Part shown: in pieces, positions 24,171 to 36,510 of the stretch | Numbering within the stretch: the stretch's first letter is position 1 | Layout of the letters: every line of letters begins with the position of its first letter | From: Balanoglossus misakiensis | Taxonomy: Eukaryota > Animalia > Hemichordata | Reading direction: 5' to 3' | Assembly (NCBI GenBank): GCA_040954595.2 | Contig: CM082597.2 | Span: forward strand, 5,027,244-5,091,243 | DNA: 64,000 nucleotides | Notes under the pieces: generated by a model | The model's input: only the letters and a program-made list of their open reading frames with translations | What the model was told of the DNA's origin: nothing | Databases searched by the model: none | Translations under genes and position numbers: made by a program

Positions 24171-25943
24171 TTAAGCCTTGAGGATAAGGATCTCTGCTTC
24201 GTCATCTGGTAGAAACAGCTCACCACCAACTTCAAAGCAGATCTCGCTCTTCAAAGATCTTAGAAATTGACATAAGACATCCTTCGGTGTGCGTGTGCCG
24301 AATCCAGGTGTCTCAGTAATGAAATCCAACATCTTAATTCCGTCTGGTGTGCCTTGAAAGCATTCACCGGCTTTGATACCATACTTCTTGTAAGATGTCA
24401 CGATTTCGACATCGGGCAGCAGAGCACGTATTGTCGCCAGTAGAGCAGATGCCCCGGTACACGTGAAAGTGGGGTTTAATTTCAAAGCACGTTTTTCAGC
24501 AGGACCTAAGGGAAAAATCAGATATGCTCGTCACTTTGGTACAAAAAATTATATATTACACGTCGAAAGTGGTATTGTCAGATTTGAAGGCATGTTTGAA
24601 AATACACGTCATGCCTTCGAATTCAGGATGTTCTTACACAAATACATATACATGCGAAGGCCGATCGCGTAGCGAGCACTTTAGATAGCCCGTGTACGAT
24701 AATGAGGGATTATGGGAAATAGAATGTATATCTCTATAAACCTACGAGTTCGAAAAGTGCGTCGTGCGCTGTTCTATGGGGCCATCCATTAATTTTGATC
24801 GCTTCCTTAAAACGTAAAACCAATGTCGTTATTCATCGCAAATGCTACTCAGAAATGTACACCGACCACAAGACCATCAAAGACGGTGGAAAATTAAGTT
24901 GGAAAATGAAATTTAGTGGCGTTTCAGAAACTTTCTGGATCGTTTTCCCTACTCTACTACAATAGAAGTGAGACACGTATAAATAGTTCGATGGGTCTAT
25001 ATGAGGGGATATATCGTTTGTAGTAAATTGCAGAATTTGCTCAAAGACGAAAATGTACCTACCAGCAATAATTACATATAATAGCATTCCGCCATTGATC
25101 AGTAGTTGGTATAGATCTGCAAAAACGCGTTTCGAAGACGAGAAGTAGTACGCGCAGTGTTGTGCGTGAATCACGTGGAATTTGCAGGGGTTTCCATCTC
25201 CACGAATCCCTTCAATGTAATCTTCTATGGTAGCTGCGTGGAACTCGAAAGTAACGCCTTTCCACACACCTTCTACCTGCTTTTTTGCAACCAAATCTTT
25301 GAACATCTGGACTTGATGTTGTCCAGGTTCCACGACGACGTAGAAGACGCGCTTGAATTTACCGCTCAAGTGGTCGATGACCTCAATATCATTGGATCCT
25401 ATAACACAGTACGAAATATCAACAAAGAAATATTTTGATCAAAGAATAACACATGAAACAGCGGCCAATATCGCGATTTTCACCAGCCCAAATACCGGTG
25501 AAAATCACACAAACATTGATGCTATACAGCCAAAGAGACGTCATCGCAGAAAAAAAATCCAGTAATGTTCACGTACTCATTGAAAAATTCTGCCCGTGAC
25601 AGTACAAACAACCAAAGATCACTCGCTCCGTCGCAGAAAAAATATCCAATAAGAGTTAAATTGATTGTTTGGTTTACAAATACAAATTGACCACAAATTA
25701 CCTAAAAAACTAGCCACATTAAGGTAAAATTTCACCAAAAACTTTATACATACCATCAGATGTGCCGATTGCCAGAACTCGTAAAGCAGAGTTTTCACCG
25801 ATCAGAACATTTCTTAGTTTATCTCGGAAAATCTGAAGTCGCGGACCACCGGTGAAATCAATTCTGTTTTTGAGAAATATGGAAAAGTCTTCAAGATAGT
25901 CGTCTGTTGTTTTGCACAGATTTTTACCATCAGCGGGATCCAT
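24171..25943 (-). CDS. Histamine N-methyltransferase-like class I SAM-dependent methyltransferase, 286 aa
   Basis: Exons 25943-25754, 25398-25063, 24505-24171 sum to 861 nt in frame. Motifs LRVLAIGTSDGSND (motif I), YVVVEP, KFHVIHAQHCAYY and MLDFITE correspond to HNMT (ILSIGGGAGEID, EVVEPS, DFIHMIQMLYY, LWDFLTE). Substrate unknown. Confidence 0.82.
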
Positions 25944-28888
25944 CTCCCTCTGAATTGAAATATTTGACAAATATTTGGTATTTGTGCAAAATAAACAAGT
26001 TTACGTTGTTGGGGAAAGGAACGTGATTGCCAAGGGTCGAAAACAGTCGATGTCTTTATTCTAATGTTGTCCACGGTTGAATATCAAGATGACCTACAAC
26101 CACAATTAAGGTTCTGTCTTCTTTTCAGTTATAATGGTTGCAAACGTGTGTCAAGGGCTTTCGCTATACGCTATTATAATCCACGAGGTTAGCTGCTCAG
26201 CGTATGTCCTCGAACGATTCTACAAATCACGACCGTGCCTATTGTATCACGTTGTATGTAAATGTTAATAATCAGCACTGGCTTGACAAGGATTAAGATG
26301 ACGTTATTCAACACTATGTCCGGACACCGAACTTGCAAAGTACGCCCATTCAATTTGTCGACGTGCTGGCAAACTCTCCGAACACTCGTTTTTATTTCTA
26401 CAAGTAACGGTAAATCTGGATCTAGTCATGAATTGCACGAAAATTTCGTGTATGCCCATGGTCCCGGTTTGCCGGTTTTTTGTTGTTGAAATATATTGTC
26501 CTGTAGCTCACTCGATTCTGCGTACACGTCTTTAGTGAAAGTACAAACAGTTTTATTGGGTGGTGGAAAATTGCCACGAATGCATCTTCCCTACCACCTG
26601 TGTAATCGCTTTATATTTGTATTTACAATGTCGTTACAACCATGATCGATAATAAGAAGTAATGATACGAATAGCTGGTCGTGTTATTTACATCCAAAAA
26701 TATTGAAAAGTAACGCGGTAAAAGTATTAACCAATGAAACCTCACATAATTTTATGTTATTAGTGACCTTGTTTTTAATGTTGATCAATCTGTCAATGAA
26801 AAAAAAACAGTTCATCTCACAATTTACAATCTGGAATTAAAGAAATTGCACAAAAGCCAAAATTCGTTCGGAGTGTTAGTGCACAGACGTCGACGGCCAA
26901 ATTCTTTCGGAGTGTTAGTGATGCTTCGTACATAAAAGTTAATATTCAATCCGAATGGTCCATCACCTGTGTCCAGTAACTGCCACTCGAACACCTTTGC
27001 CATTCTCTACACTTAGTAGTAACTGATCGGACGTACACTCGCTGTTGTCTGCGCTAATTTGGATATTGCTGTAAGTTTCAGACTGTTGCCGAGCACTACC
27101 AGGTCTACAATTAACATAATCCTCAAGGAGTGACAAGCCCCCTCGATCAGTCTACTTTACAGGTAGAGACACATAATTTTAGTTTAACAGTGGAATGATT
27201 ATATACTGTACATGTTGAGATTGGTTTCTGAAAAAAATGGCGTACGCTAAAACGCAGGGCGACGCCGAGTCTGGTTTATGAGTGACACATATTCTGCGCA
27301 TGAGCACAACACGTCTGACCCGAAATGCACCAGTAAGAGGAACTTTGTGTAATTAATATGTGGGGTAACTACGATCAGACTTGTTTTGAGAAACTATCGG
27401 CGTGATATTGGTTTACTCAAGTAGTTGTTTATTCCTCGGAGATTAATTCAAGACAGCAATAATTACTTTTCCAGTATTTTTATGTTTCGTTGTAACCATA
27501 AAAAAACATATGGACAGTAAGTCTTCCACGGGGGTACACTATACAAAAGATCAAGCAAACACAACAGGAAGAAAATAATTGGACATGTACTAAAACAAAC
27601 ATTATATTGAGTAGATATTTTACTACTTTAGTTGGCAATATGTATCAAATTTTAATGTTGATATTCAAACCATCAAACTTTTTAATTGTTGTAAACACGA
27701 GACGAGTCACCCGGAATGGCGAAACAGATCTTTCCACGATATCGGTTTATAAATATCAAATTTCACCAAAACGGCTTTGAACGTGTCAAGGAAAAATCGC
27801 TGAAGATTCATTTGTCAAAATTGCATGATTAAGTAAAATTGTGAGAAAACGTTGTCCGATTTGACATACTTAAACAGATTCCCATGATATATCGACGTAC
27901 GGCCGGAAGTTGCATGGCTCCGCGAAAACGACTCGCATACGGTGACGTCAAAGAAAGAAAAATGTGAGATTATATTTATCACATGAACTGTCTTCCAGCT
28001 TTTTCCTTAGAAGGGGGATGATCATACATTTCAGCATTTTGCAAAAATATCAGATCAGGGCCGGTGGAATGTTATTTAGCGGGATTATTTTCTTTCCCGT
28101 GTTTGAAGAGTCTGTTCCCCACGTGATATGCAAATGACGGAACTACTTTCATTCGTAAAATCAAGTCGACCTTTTGGATGCATACAGCGTCTTGACTCAT
28201 TACATCATAGGTTAGCTTTTTTAAATCTCGACAATATTCCTGTCAAATGGTCCCTTTGTTTAAGGTCCAATGTCTGCGAATCACATATCACGCCACAGTC
28301 TTATTTGCAAACCTACTTGTAAACTGTTCATTAGTGAACAGGCTTCAGTGCTCAAGAGATAGACACTGCAGCTGACCTTTGACCGCCGTTTATAAACATT
28401 TCACAGTTTAGGAACATTTCGATTGCTTGGCAGTGGCCATTATATGCTAAGCTATTTTAGAGTCGAATAGTGATGTTCGCAAGGGCACTTCATTTAAAAT
28501 TTGTAAAAATTACCCCCTTCATACAACTATTCATTTTTCTACCACCCTTAGGGGTGCGCATACATGTCAGCTCGTAAACAATGACTGGTTAAATGAAAGC
28601 TTCTGACCTGGCTTTGAACAATTGTGATGACAAGTTCGGCAACTTCATGTGTGTACACATTACTAAAAATGGTGACACAGGCATAACATTCTCTCAAACA
28701 GCTGTCCATTGTTACGGTAGAAATAACCTGGAGCACACAGTGGAGTTTGTAGTTCAACAACAAAATATCTAATTGAACAATTAGCTTTCTAAAGGTCTTA
28801 CAAAAAAATGTTCTATGTGTTTTTACCCTGCTTGGTCGAGGAGTAATTGAGTCCACAAAAGTTCTGGCCGAACTCAAGCTTCACCAAG

Positions 28889-29005
28889 GCACAGAAGTCC
28901 GTTGCTGACAAAGTCTGTCATTCACAGAAGCCAGCCGCTCACAGAAGTCGGTTGCTCACAGTAGTCCGTTGCTCACACAAAGCCCGTTGCTCATGAAGTC
29001 CGTTT
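28889..29005. repeat. Short minisatellite, ~17-18-bp unit CACAGAAGTCCGTTGCT
   Basis: About 6 degenerate copies visible. Confidence 0.75.
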
Positions 29006-29793
29006 CCAGACAACGCGATAAATTTGTAGGACCAGCTAGTTAGATTCCAAATTCCCAGGGCGATGTGGAGCGACGTGCTCCTCCCAGGCAGTATTGAGAA
29101 GTGTTCCTCGTGTGGTTTTTTTGAGAATGCCTTTTGTATGGGTGACCATCTGGTTAGCTAATATTTTAATGAAGCAATTGAAAAAGCAGGGCCTTTTCTT
29201 ATGCAAACTACCTCTCTCTTGACCAAGCAACTAAACAGGGTGTGTCGTAACACCATTGATATATGTCTTTGGTGTAATTGATTAATTTTACCAAGACCAT
29301 CGTGGTTTAAATGACGTTGTCACGAACCTAACAAGCCATCTTAATTGTTTGGAACACTATAATTTTAACTTGGCTTTTTGATAGGCGCATTTCCCCCTAT
29401 TTTATCACACGGCGTGAGCTTATCTGCAAAAACAGGGCGTAAAGTTAAAGTAAACAATGGATTCCCATTAGTCTATCTAACTGAAAACTCTATGGTAACA
29501 GATAGCGCATGTGCGTGACCTGGTTAAGGTACAACACTACAGGTGTCTTGTTTAGGCATGACATTCTGATAAGGAATTCTGCAGTGGACGTGCTTGCTGT
29601 TTATCATACCAGGCTACATGCGATGTATGCAGCCCGCCAGTTTGATAACTAGACCAAGTAGAATGTGTTTTACATTTACATATGAAAATGCACATATAAA
29701 AACGTCCTTGGAGACACATCACGAGATAGGTAGCAGGAGGTTGAAATATTGTGCAATTATTCTTGCAGTTATTTGTTGGAATTGGTCGGTACC

Positions 29794-32700
29794 ATGCAAA
29801 GTACATTACGCAAGAGTTCAAGGGGAAGTTCAAGTGATGACAGTGATGGTGGCAATTACACGGACGGTGATTTTCAGCAAATCATTGATGACACCAACGC
29901 TGCCATTGCAAGAGTCCGCGCCCAGGGAATGTTTACATTTGCACCAATGGGACACTTCCCTGACGATGACGACCAAGAAGAAACTCCAGACACCTTCACA
30001 GGAGACCCACCTTCTACTGGAGGTAGTGTGCCAAGACGCTCGCCAAGAAAACCCAACAAGTCTCAAAAGCAGCCTAAGACAAAGTAAGTGCATGCAAACA
30101 TGTCAACGTAGGGAATTATCCAAACGTAGACTGTAAATATATATATATGTATATGTATATGTATATATATATATATAGTGTATTCGTTATTTCGTAACCA
30201 TATATGCAGAATTTCGAGAAAATACTGTTTTAGTACATGCCACCTACTGAGATGCTAAATGAGTAGATAAGAGCTCACTGAAAATCATGTTGTTTACTCC
30301 TATTGTTTTCATATCTTCTTCTAGAAAAAACATGGGCAATAAAGCTCTGATAGTCAGTAATTGTTGGGGAAGCCCACTCCAGGGAGGATTAACAGATGCT
30401 CTTCACATCCTAATCCGATTGCTTCGTGCCATGGGGATACAAGTACTCTGCACTGTATTAAAGGCAACATCAGAGGAAATCGAAGAAGCAAGGAAAATGG
30501 GAATAGAGCTTATCGTTCCCACTCCTGTGCGTAAATTTAAAGTCAGGAATGAAGCACCCAATACTGACTGGTTGTATCATCATAAAGCGTACTTCCCGAA
30601 CTTGGGAGAGTTAGCTAACGTCAGGTTTGTCTTTGGCTTTGGAATGATAACATCTGATGTAGCTTTCGAAATCGAGAGAGATCTCTTCCCACGAGCAGCC
30701 TTCTACTTGATCAACCTGTATGATAGGGATATCATAACCCCTATCATCGCTGATTGTGTGAATGACGAGCTTGTGTTCCGCCGTGAAGATGTAACAGAAG
30801 AAGGGCAGGCAGCAACCTCCGTCTTTTCTGTTGGAGGCAGCATTTTCAAAAAGTACAAGAAGATTTACCGCACGCTTCGGGACATAAAACACTATAAATT
30901 ATCTGCTATGGTAGATGAGAAGCATTTTAAGATTCCAGCTCCAGACCCTGTTGAAAATGATGACGAGCTTCAAATTCTCACCTTGTTCCAAGAACACGAA
31001 CTAGCAGATCTTACGTGTGACAGTACCATCTTTAAGGTTATGAATCGGGTAGCAGATGCGTTTCACCTCCAACGCAGAAATTCTCTTAAATGGAAAATTC
31101 TTGGAGTATCCCCGAAGTGTGAATCTGAGCTTAGAAAACACTTACAATCACACATTAACCTGGATATCATATTGGGAAGAATGCCATCAGCTAAAGCTTT
31201 GGAAGATGAGCTGTCTCAATCGCACCTTGTTCTCGTCCCACAATCGTCCATACCCTATGTTAATCTTACGCTTGCAGCCATGTGTGCAGCTGTACCTGTT
31301 ATCGTACCATGGAAATCCCTAAGCCACGATGTGATTAGACAGCATTTTAATTTTTATGAGGAATCGATCGTTGTAAACATGGACAATACAGAAGAATTGG
31401 AGGGGCGCATCAAGAGATCCCTCGGCGACTACAAAGTTACACTTCACAGAGCCAACTCAATAAAAGAAGAAATGCAAAGTATCGTAGCAAAGGAGCTGGA
31501 AAAAGTTAACAATACTTTTGTTGAAGTGGTTACCGCTGATGCAAGAGACCAATTTGGCGTTGTATTGGAAAGACCTGTAAATTTACAGATGAAAGGTACT
31601 TCAAATACTTAAAATAGATTTGTAATATCCATTTGTAACGTTTGAAAACTTTTATTCTGTGTCTGTTTCATTTGTGTTTGTGTATTTGTGTATTTCTCGC
31701 ATAAATTAACACAAAAACAGAACTCTGCTTACTTATATTTTTACATGTTTTCTTACATAAATTAAAGTGATAAACGAACTTTCCTTAGTAATGGTAAAAA
31801 CAAAGCCCTTTATTTTTTTTTTTACATTGTTACTTTGTAGATCATGAAGAAGGAAGGAAGGAGACAGTGTCCAGGAAGATGAAATCAGACCAACAGAAAT
31901 TAAGTAAGTGATCATTACTAGTATAATTAATTCATTCATAACATCCTACAGGAAATAATACATTATAGAGACTAACTATCAGGAGTTTAACACATACCTT
32001 TTATGAAATGACTGAATTGAGACCAACGAGTATGATGATGGTTGTACATGTGTACATATTTTGTAATGTGGACATTACTTTTGTGTTTGAAGGTGAGGTC
32101 AAAGTTAAGTTACGTGTTAATGGAGTTGTTCCTGAAGAAGGAAAAACAGTAGAGGAAGTTGAGAACGATTTCTACGAAAGTGAAGAGGTGAAGATGAAGT
32201 CAGAAGAGGTTCGTCAGAACCTGGATACGCAACATGAACAACTGAAGGTGAATGATGTTGGTCATGATAGCATTTCCTACACAATGGAATGTCAGTCTCT
32301 CGAGGCTCTGAATCACTTGATGGAAGAATATGAGAGTGGGCGTCTGCATGTTATAATGGAGGATGCATTCCTATCCGACCAACTGCTGGAGAGAATTGGT
32401 GCCTTTTATCTGTCACTGGACACTACAATAGACTATGAACAGTGTTCCGTCTGCAGAAAGGAGTTAATCAAGAGACACGGTAAACATTTAATTTCACTAT
32501 CAGCGCTTTTTGACCTGAAAGATAGGACTGTATATGGAAGCAATCAGTCAGTTGTGCACGATCAAACAAGGAAAGGCAGATATCAGGTAGGTATACAAAT
32601 CATAATGATATAGACTTCCACTTCTGTAACTTGCCACTCTCATTCATGTAGGTCCACCCTCAGATGAGTTACACGACCAAAGAGATGCTGATGGTACTCA

Positions 32701-35700
32701 ACTTAGGGAACGCACCATCGAGACAGAGACAGCTTCTGATCCCGAGAGAGTGAATTTGAGAAAGACAGCTAGAGATCTGCTGAAAGCCTTTGAAAAGGAG
32801 GGAGGCGAAGCCACTGAAAGTCAAATAACACTTCTGGATGAGGCTCTACATGAAAAGCAGGTGCAGCGAGAGATTGACAGCAAAGAAGGTGAGTTGCCAG
32901 CTTTTGACACTTTGGAAACAATTCAACCATTCATATATACATATCTATGTAGGTTTGGCTGAAAAACACTGCATAGTCACCAATGGGTGAGATATAGAAT
33001 AAAGTGTCATTAAGCCTAAACTAGATTCTTGGAAACTAGGGTCATCATTGTGTAGTTTTCAAGAAGCTAGATCAAGGCAAACACTCAAAATCAATTTCTT
33101 CCAAGTGACTGCAGTGTTTTCCTGTCCTGTTTTCAGATTTATACCCAATTTCCTGTGAGTTGTCTTTAACTGTGTGTTAATGTTCAACACCTCTTGTTTT
33201 CTTCCTCCGTGATTAAAATTAACCAGAGACTACAGGGAAGACTGAACCCAACCAGATGACTGAGTTACACCTACTTCCAGATGAAGTAATAGCCGAGATA
33301 TATGAGATTCTTGACCATAAGATAAAGAGACAGAAGATGAACAATGAGATACTCAAAAGAGATAACAGAGACAAAGCACTAAACAGAGAGATCGCAAGAG
33401 CAATGATATTAGAGGAAGTGAGAGTGAGTGATCGTAAACAGAATTCACAATTTAGTGAGTTTATACAGATGAAGAACGAGCTGAGAGTGATGGTGGCTAA
33501 TCAACCTGTAGTGGCCATGGAACGAGAGAAACTACAGGCACGTGCAGATGACATCATCAAGGCAGCTGACATTCCGGGAGAAGTGAAAGACGTTTATAGA
33601 GATGTTAAACGAGTGGAAGCAGGTAATTAAATTTCACTGTACTTTAATCACCACTAAGTAATTCACACTTAAGCTTGTTTAAATAATAGCACATGATAGC
33701 AAGGGCAATATCACATTTAGTTTTCCTTGAAATGACCAATTTACTTTAAAGTTAAATGTTTTAACATATACTTGGTAAAATACCAGAACCTAACGGTAGA
33801 AATAGTAAATGCATAAACTATAAGAAGTAGGACGTTTAACTTTGCAAGAAAATGCCCCCAAAAAATAATTTTGTTCAAAACGTTTCCATGGAAACATGGA
33901 TGACAGACTTACAACAATGATTACACAAAGTTGAACCGATTTCACAAATCTCATTCCAAATCAACCCAATCCAAAATAACTTTAATATAAGCAATAAAAT
34001 GCAGACAAATAAATTTATTTAAAATGTTTCCATGGAAACAAGGCTGTAAGACGCAGAACAATGACTACATAATGTTGAACCAATTCCACAAATCCCATTC
34101 CCAATCAACCCTTTCCAAAATATCCTTGATATAAGCAATAACATGCAGAAAGATAATTTTCTTCAAAATGTTTCCATGGAAACAAGGTTATCAGACTTAC
34201 AACAATGACTACACAAAGTTGAACCAATTTCACAAATCCCATTCCCAATCAACCCAATCCAAAATATCCTTGATTTAAACAATAAAATGCAGACAAAAAA
34301 TTTTGTTCAAAATGTTTCCATGGCAACAAGGTTGTCAGACTTACAATGATTACACAAAGTTGAACCAATTTCACAAATCCTATTCCAAATCAATCCAGTC
34401 CAAAATAACGTTGATATAAGCAAGAAAATGCAGAAAAATAATTTAGTTCAAAACGTTTCCATGGAAACAAGGCTGTAAGACTCAGAACAAGGAATACACA
34501 AAGTTGAACCCATTTGACAAATCCCATTCCCAATCAACCCAATCCAAAATATCCTTGATTTAAACAATAAAATGCAGAAAAATAATTTTGTTCAAAATGT
34601 TTCCATGGAAACAAGGTTGTCAGACTTACAACAATGACTACACAAATTTGAACCAATTTCACAAATCCCATTCCAAATCAACCCAATCCAAAATAACCTT
34701 GATATAAGCAAGAAAATACAGAAAATAATTCATGAAAGTCGTGTTTCCATGGTAACATGACTTTGGTAGCCACGCCGATGTTATTTGACATCCAAATTTT
34801 GTCAGCACAAATTCCATGACAACTGAATTTGTAAAGCGTTTGAGTTTTTGTTCACAGAAAATTTGTTTTTGAACTGGAAAGTGTGTAGGCTGCTGATTGA
34901 CCTTTGACCTCTCTTGTTTACCCGCAGGAATTCCTCCGAAAGATACTGTCTGGAAATTGTCGGTTAATGGTGAGGAACCAGGACAAGTCTCGGAGCCATA
35001 CGGATTGGTGATAACCCCGGATGAAGACTTGGTTGTGTGTGACCCGGGCAATGAGAGAATACAAAGACTGACCAGTCGTGATAATCAGTGTGTGTCCATT
35101 TTATCTTTCCATGCAATGCCAGAGAGATTCGACCCATTGGATGTCGCTGTGTCTGATAAAAACATTTATTACATGGCTGATGTTGGAAATAAATGTATTA
35201 TTGTGAGTGATTCAAAGTGTAAAGTCAAGCAGGTCATCGGCATGGGTGAATTGGAGTGGCCCTCTGGTGTGTGTGTGTGTAACCATGGCAATGTTTATGT
35301 AGCAGACCATGATGGAGACTGTGTGATAAAATATGACACATTTGGTAAAAGAACTGCACGTAAACAACTCTATAGTCCCGAGTGTGTGCGACTGAACAGT
35401 CAAAATCAACTCATTGTGTCAGGTGGAGGTGCTGCAGTTTGTATCTATGTTTTGGACAGTGATCTCAAGATACTGTCTTCATTTGGACGTGATCACTTAC
35501 GGCTCGCAGAGGGAATCTGTTGTGATCAGAATGATGACATCTATGTGTGTGATTGGGGGAGGGGGGAGGAGGAGGGGAAGGTTGTGAAGTTCAATTCAGA
35601 CGGGAAGTATTTATGTGATGTCATTGAATTCCAAGGACTGCCTATGGGTGTTGGTGTGTTTCCTGACGGTAGAATAGTTTGCACAGATTGGGGTGAGCAG

Positions 35701-35724
35701 TGTATCAAATTATTCTACCCGTAA
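29794..35724 (+). CDS. Multidomain protein: disordered N-terminus + GT-B/GT4-like domain + TRADD-N-like domain + helical region + 6 NHL repeats (~1146 aa)
   Basis: Exons 29794-30083, 30325-31595, 31841-31903, 32093-32479, 32652-32888, 33227-33622, 34928-35724 sum to 3441 nt in frame, all GT-AG, Kozak accATG. GT-like LIVSNCWGSPLQGGLT and SHLVLVPQSS...AAVPVIVP; SISYTMECQSLEALNHLMEEYESGRL; NHL blades such as PYGLVITPDEDLVVCDPGNERIQ and PSGVCVCNHGNVYVADH. Confidence 0.85.
33860..34757. repeat. Intronic tandem repeat, 144-bp unit, ~6.2 copies
   Basis: TTTCCATGG anchors at 33883, 34027, 34171, 34315, 34456, 34600, 34744 (spacing 144,144,144,141,144,144). Confidence 0.95.
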
Positions 35725-35734
35725 CAAAAATGAC

Positions 35735-36510
35735 AACAACACCCCAACATTTCTTGGAAATAATGGATATTTTCCCTGCAAGTGTGGGCTAGATTTTATT
35801 ATTATGATGTAGAAAATAATCTTATGAGATGGAAAACACATTGGCGAAAACTTTTATGTTTTGTAAAATCTTCAATTTTTAATATTCCCACTGAAATATT
35901 TTAGAAATTGTATGAACAATGCTTTTCATACACAGAAATGTCAGCAGTATTGTAAATTTTCTTCCACGTTTTGGTAAGTTTCCTTGCAAATGTGGGCTAG
36001 AATTTATTATTATGATGTAAAAGACAATCTTATGAGATGAAAAAGACAATTAGCAAAATAAATTGTTTTGTAAAATCTTCAATTTTCAGACTGCATTATT
36101 TTACAGAACTGAATCAGTAAGGCCTTCACACCTGAACACAAACATGTCAACAACATTCTAAATTATCTTGGAAATATTGGATATTTTCCCTGCAAGTGTG
36201 GTCTAGAATTCAATAGTATGATGTAAAAGATAATCTTATGAGATGAAAAACACAGTTAGCGAAAGTTTTTGTTTTGTAAAATCCTCAATTTTTAATATTC
36301 ACACTGTCTTAGGGTAGTATTTTAGAAATTTAATCAACGATGCTTTTCATACACAAAAAATGTCAACAGTATTGTCAATTTTCTTCCAAGTTTTGGTAAT
36401 TTTCCCTGCAAGTGTGGGCTAGAATTCATTATTATGATGTAGAAGATACTCTTGTGAGATGAAAAACAAAATTAGCGAAAATTTTTGTTTTGTAAATTCT
36501 TCACTTTTCA
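35735..36510. repeat. Tandem repeat, ~210-bp unit, ~3.7 copies (alternating A/B variants) immediately 3' of the NHL exon
   Basis: CC(C/T)TGCAA(G/A)TGTGG anchors at ~35774, 35982, 36188, 36404. Confidence 0.88.

Noticed and set aside
30325-31595. Bacterial contamination or recent horizontal transfer of a glycosyltransferase
   Set aside because: The exon is flanked by canonical splice sites, is in frame with neighbouring exons, and its composition matches the host genes.
33860-34757. CRISPR-like regular periodicity, also at 39345-39600
   Set aside because: The whole unit repeats with no unique spacers, there are no cas genes, and the context is a eukaryotic intron/UTR.
34928-35724. TRIM-NHL (TRIM2/3/71, brat) gene call
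   Set aside because: No RING, B-box or filamin exon found upstream; the NHL exon splices in frame to the GT-containing exons.
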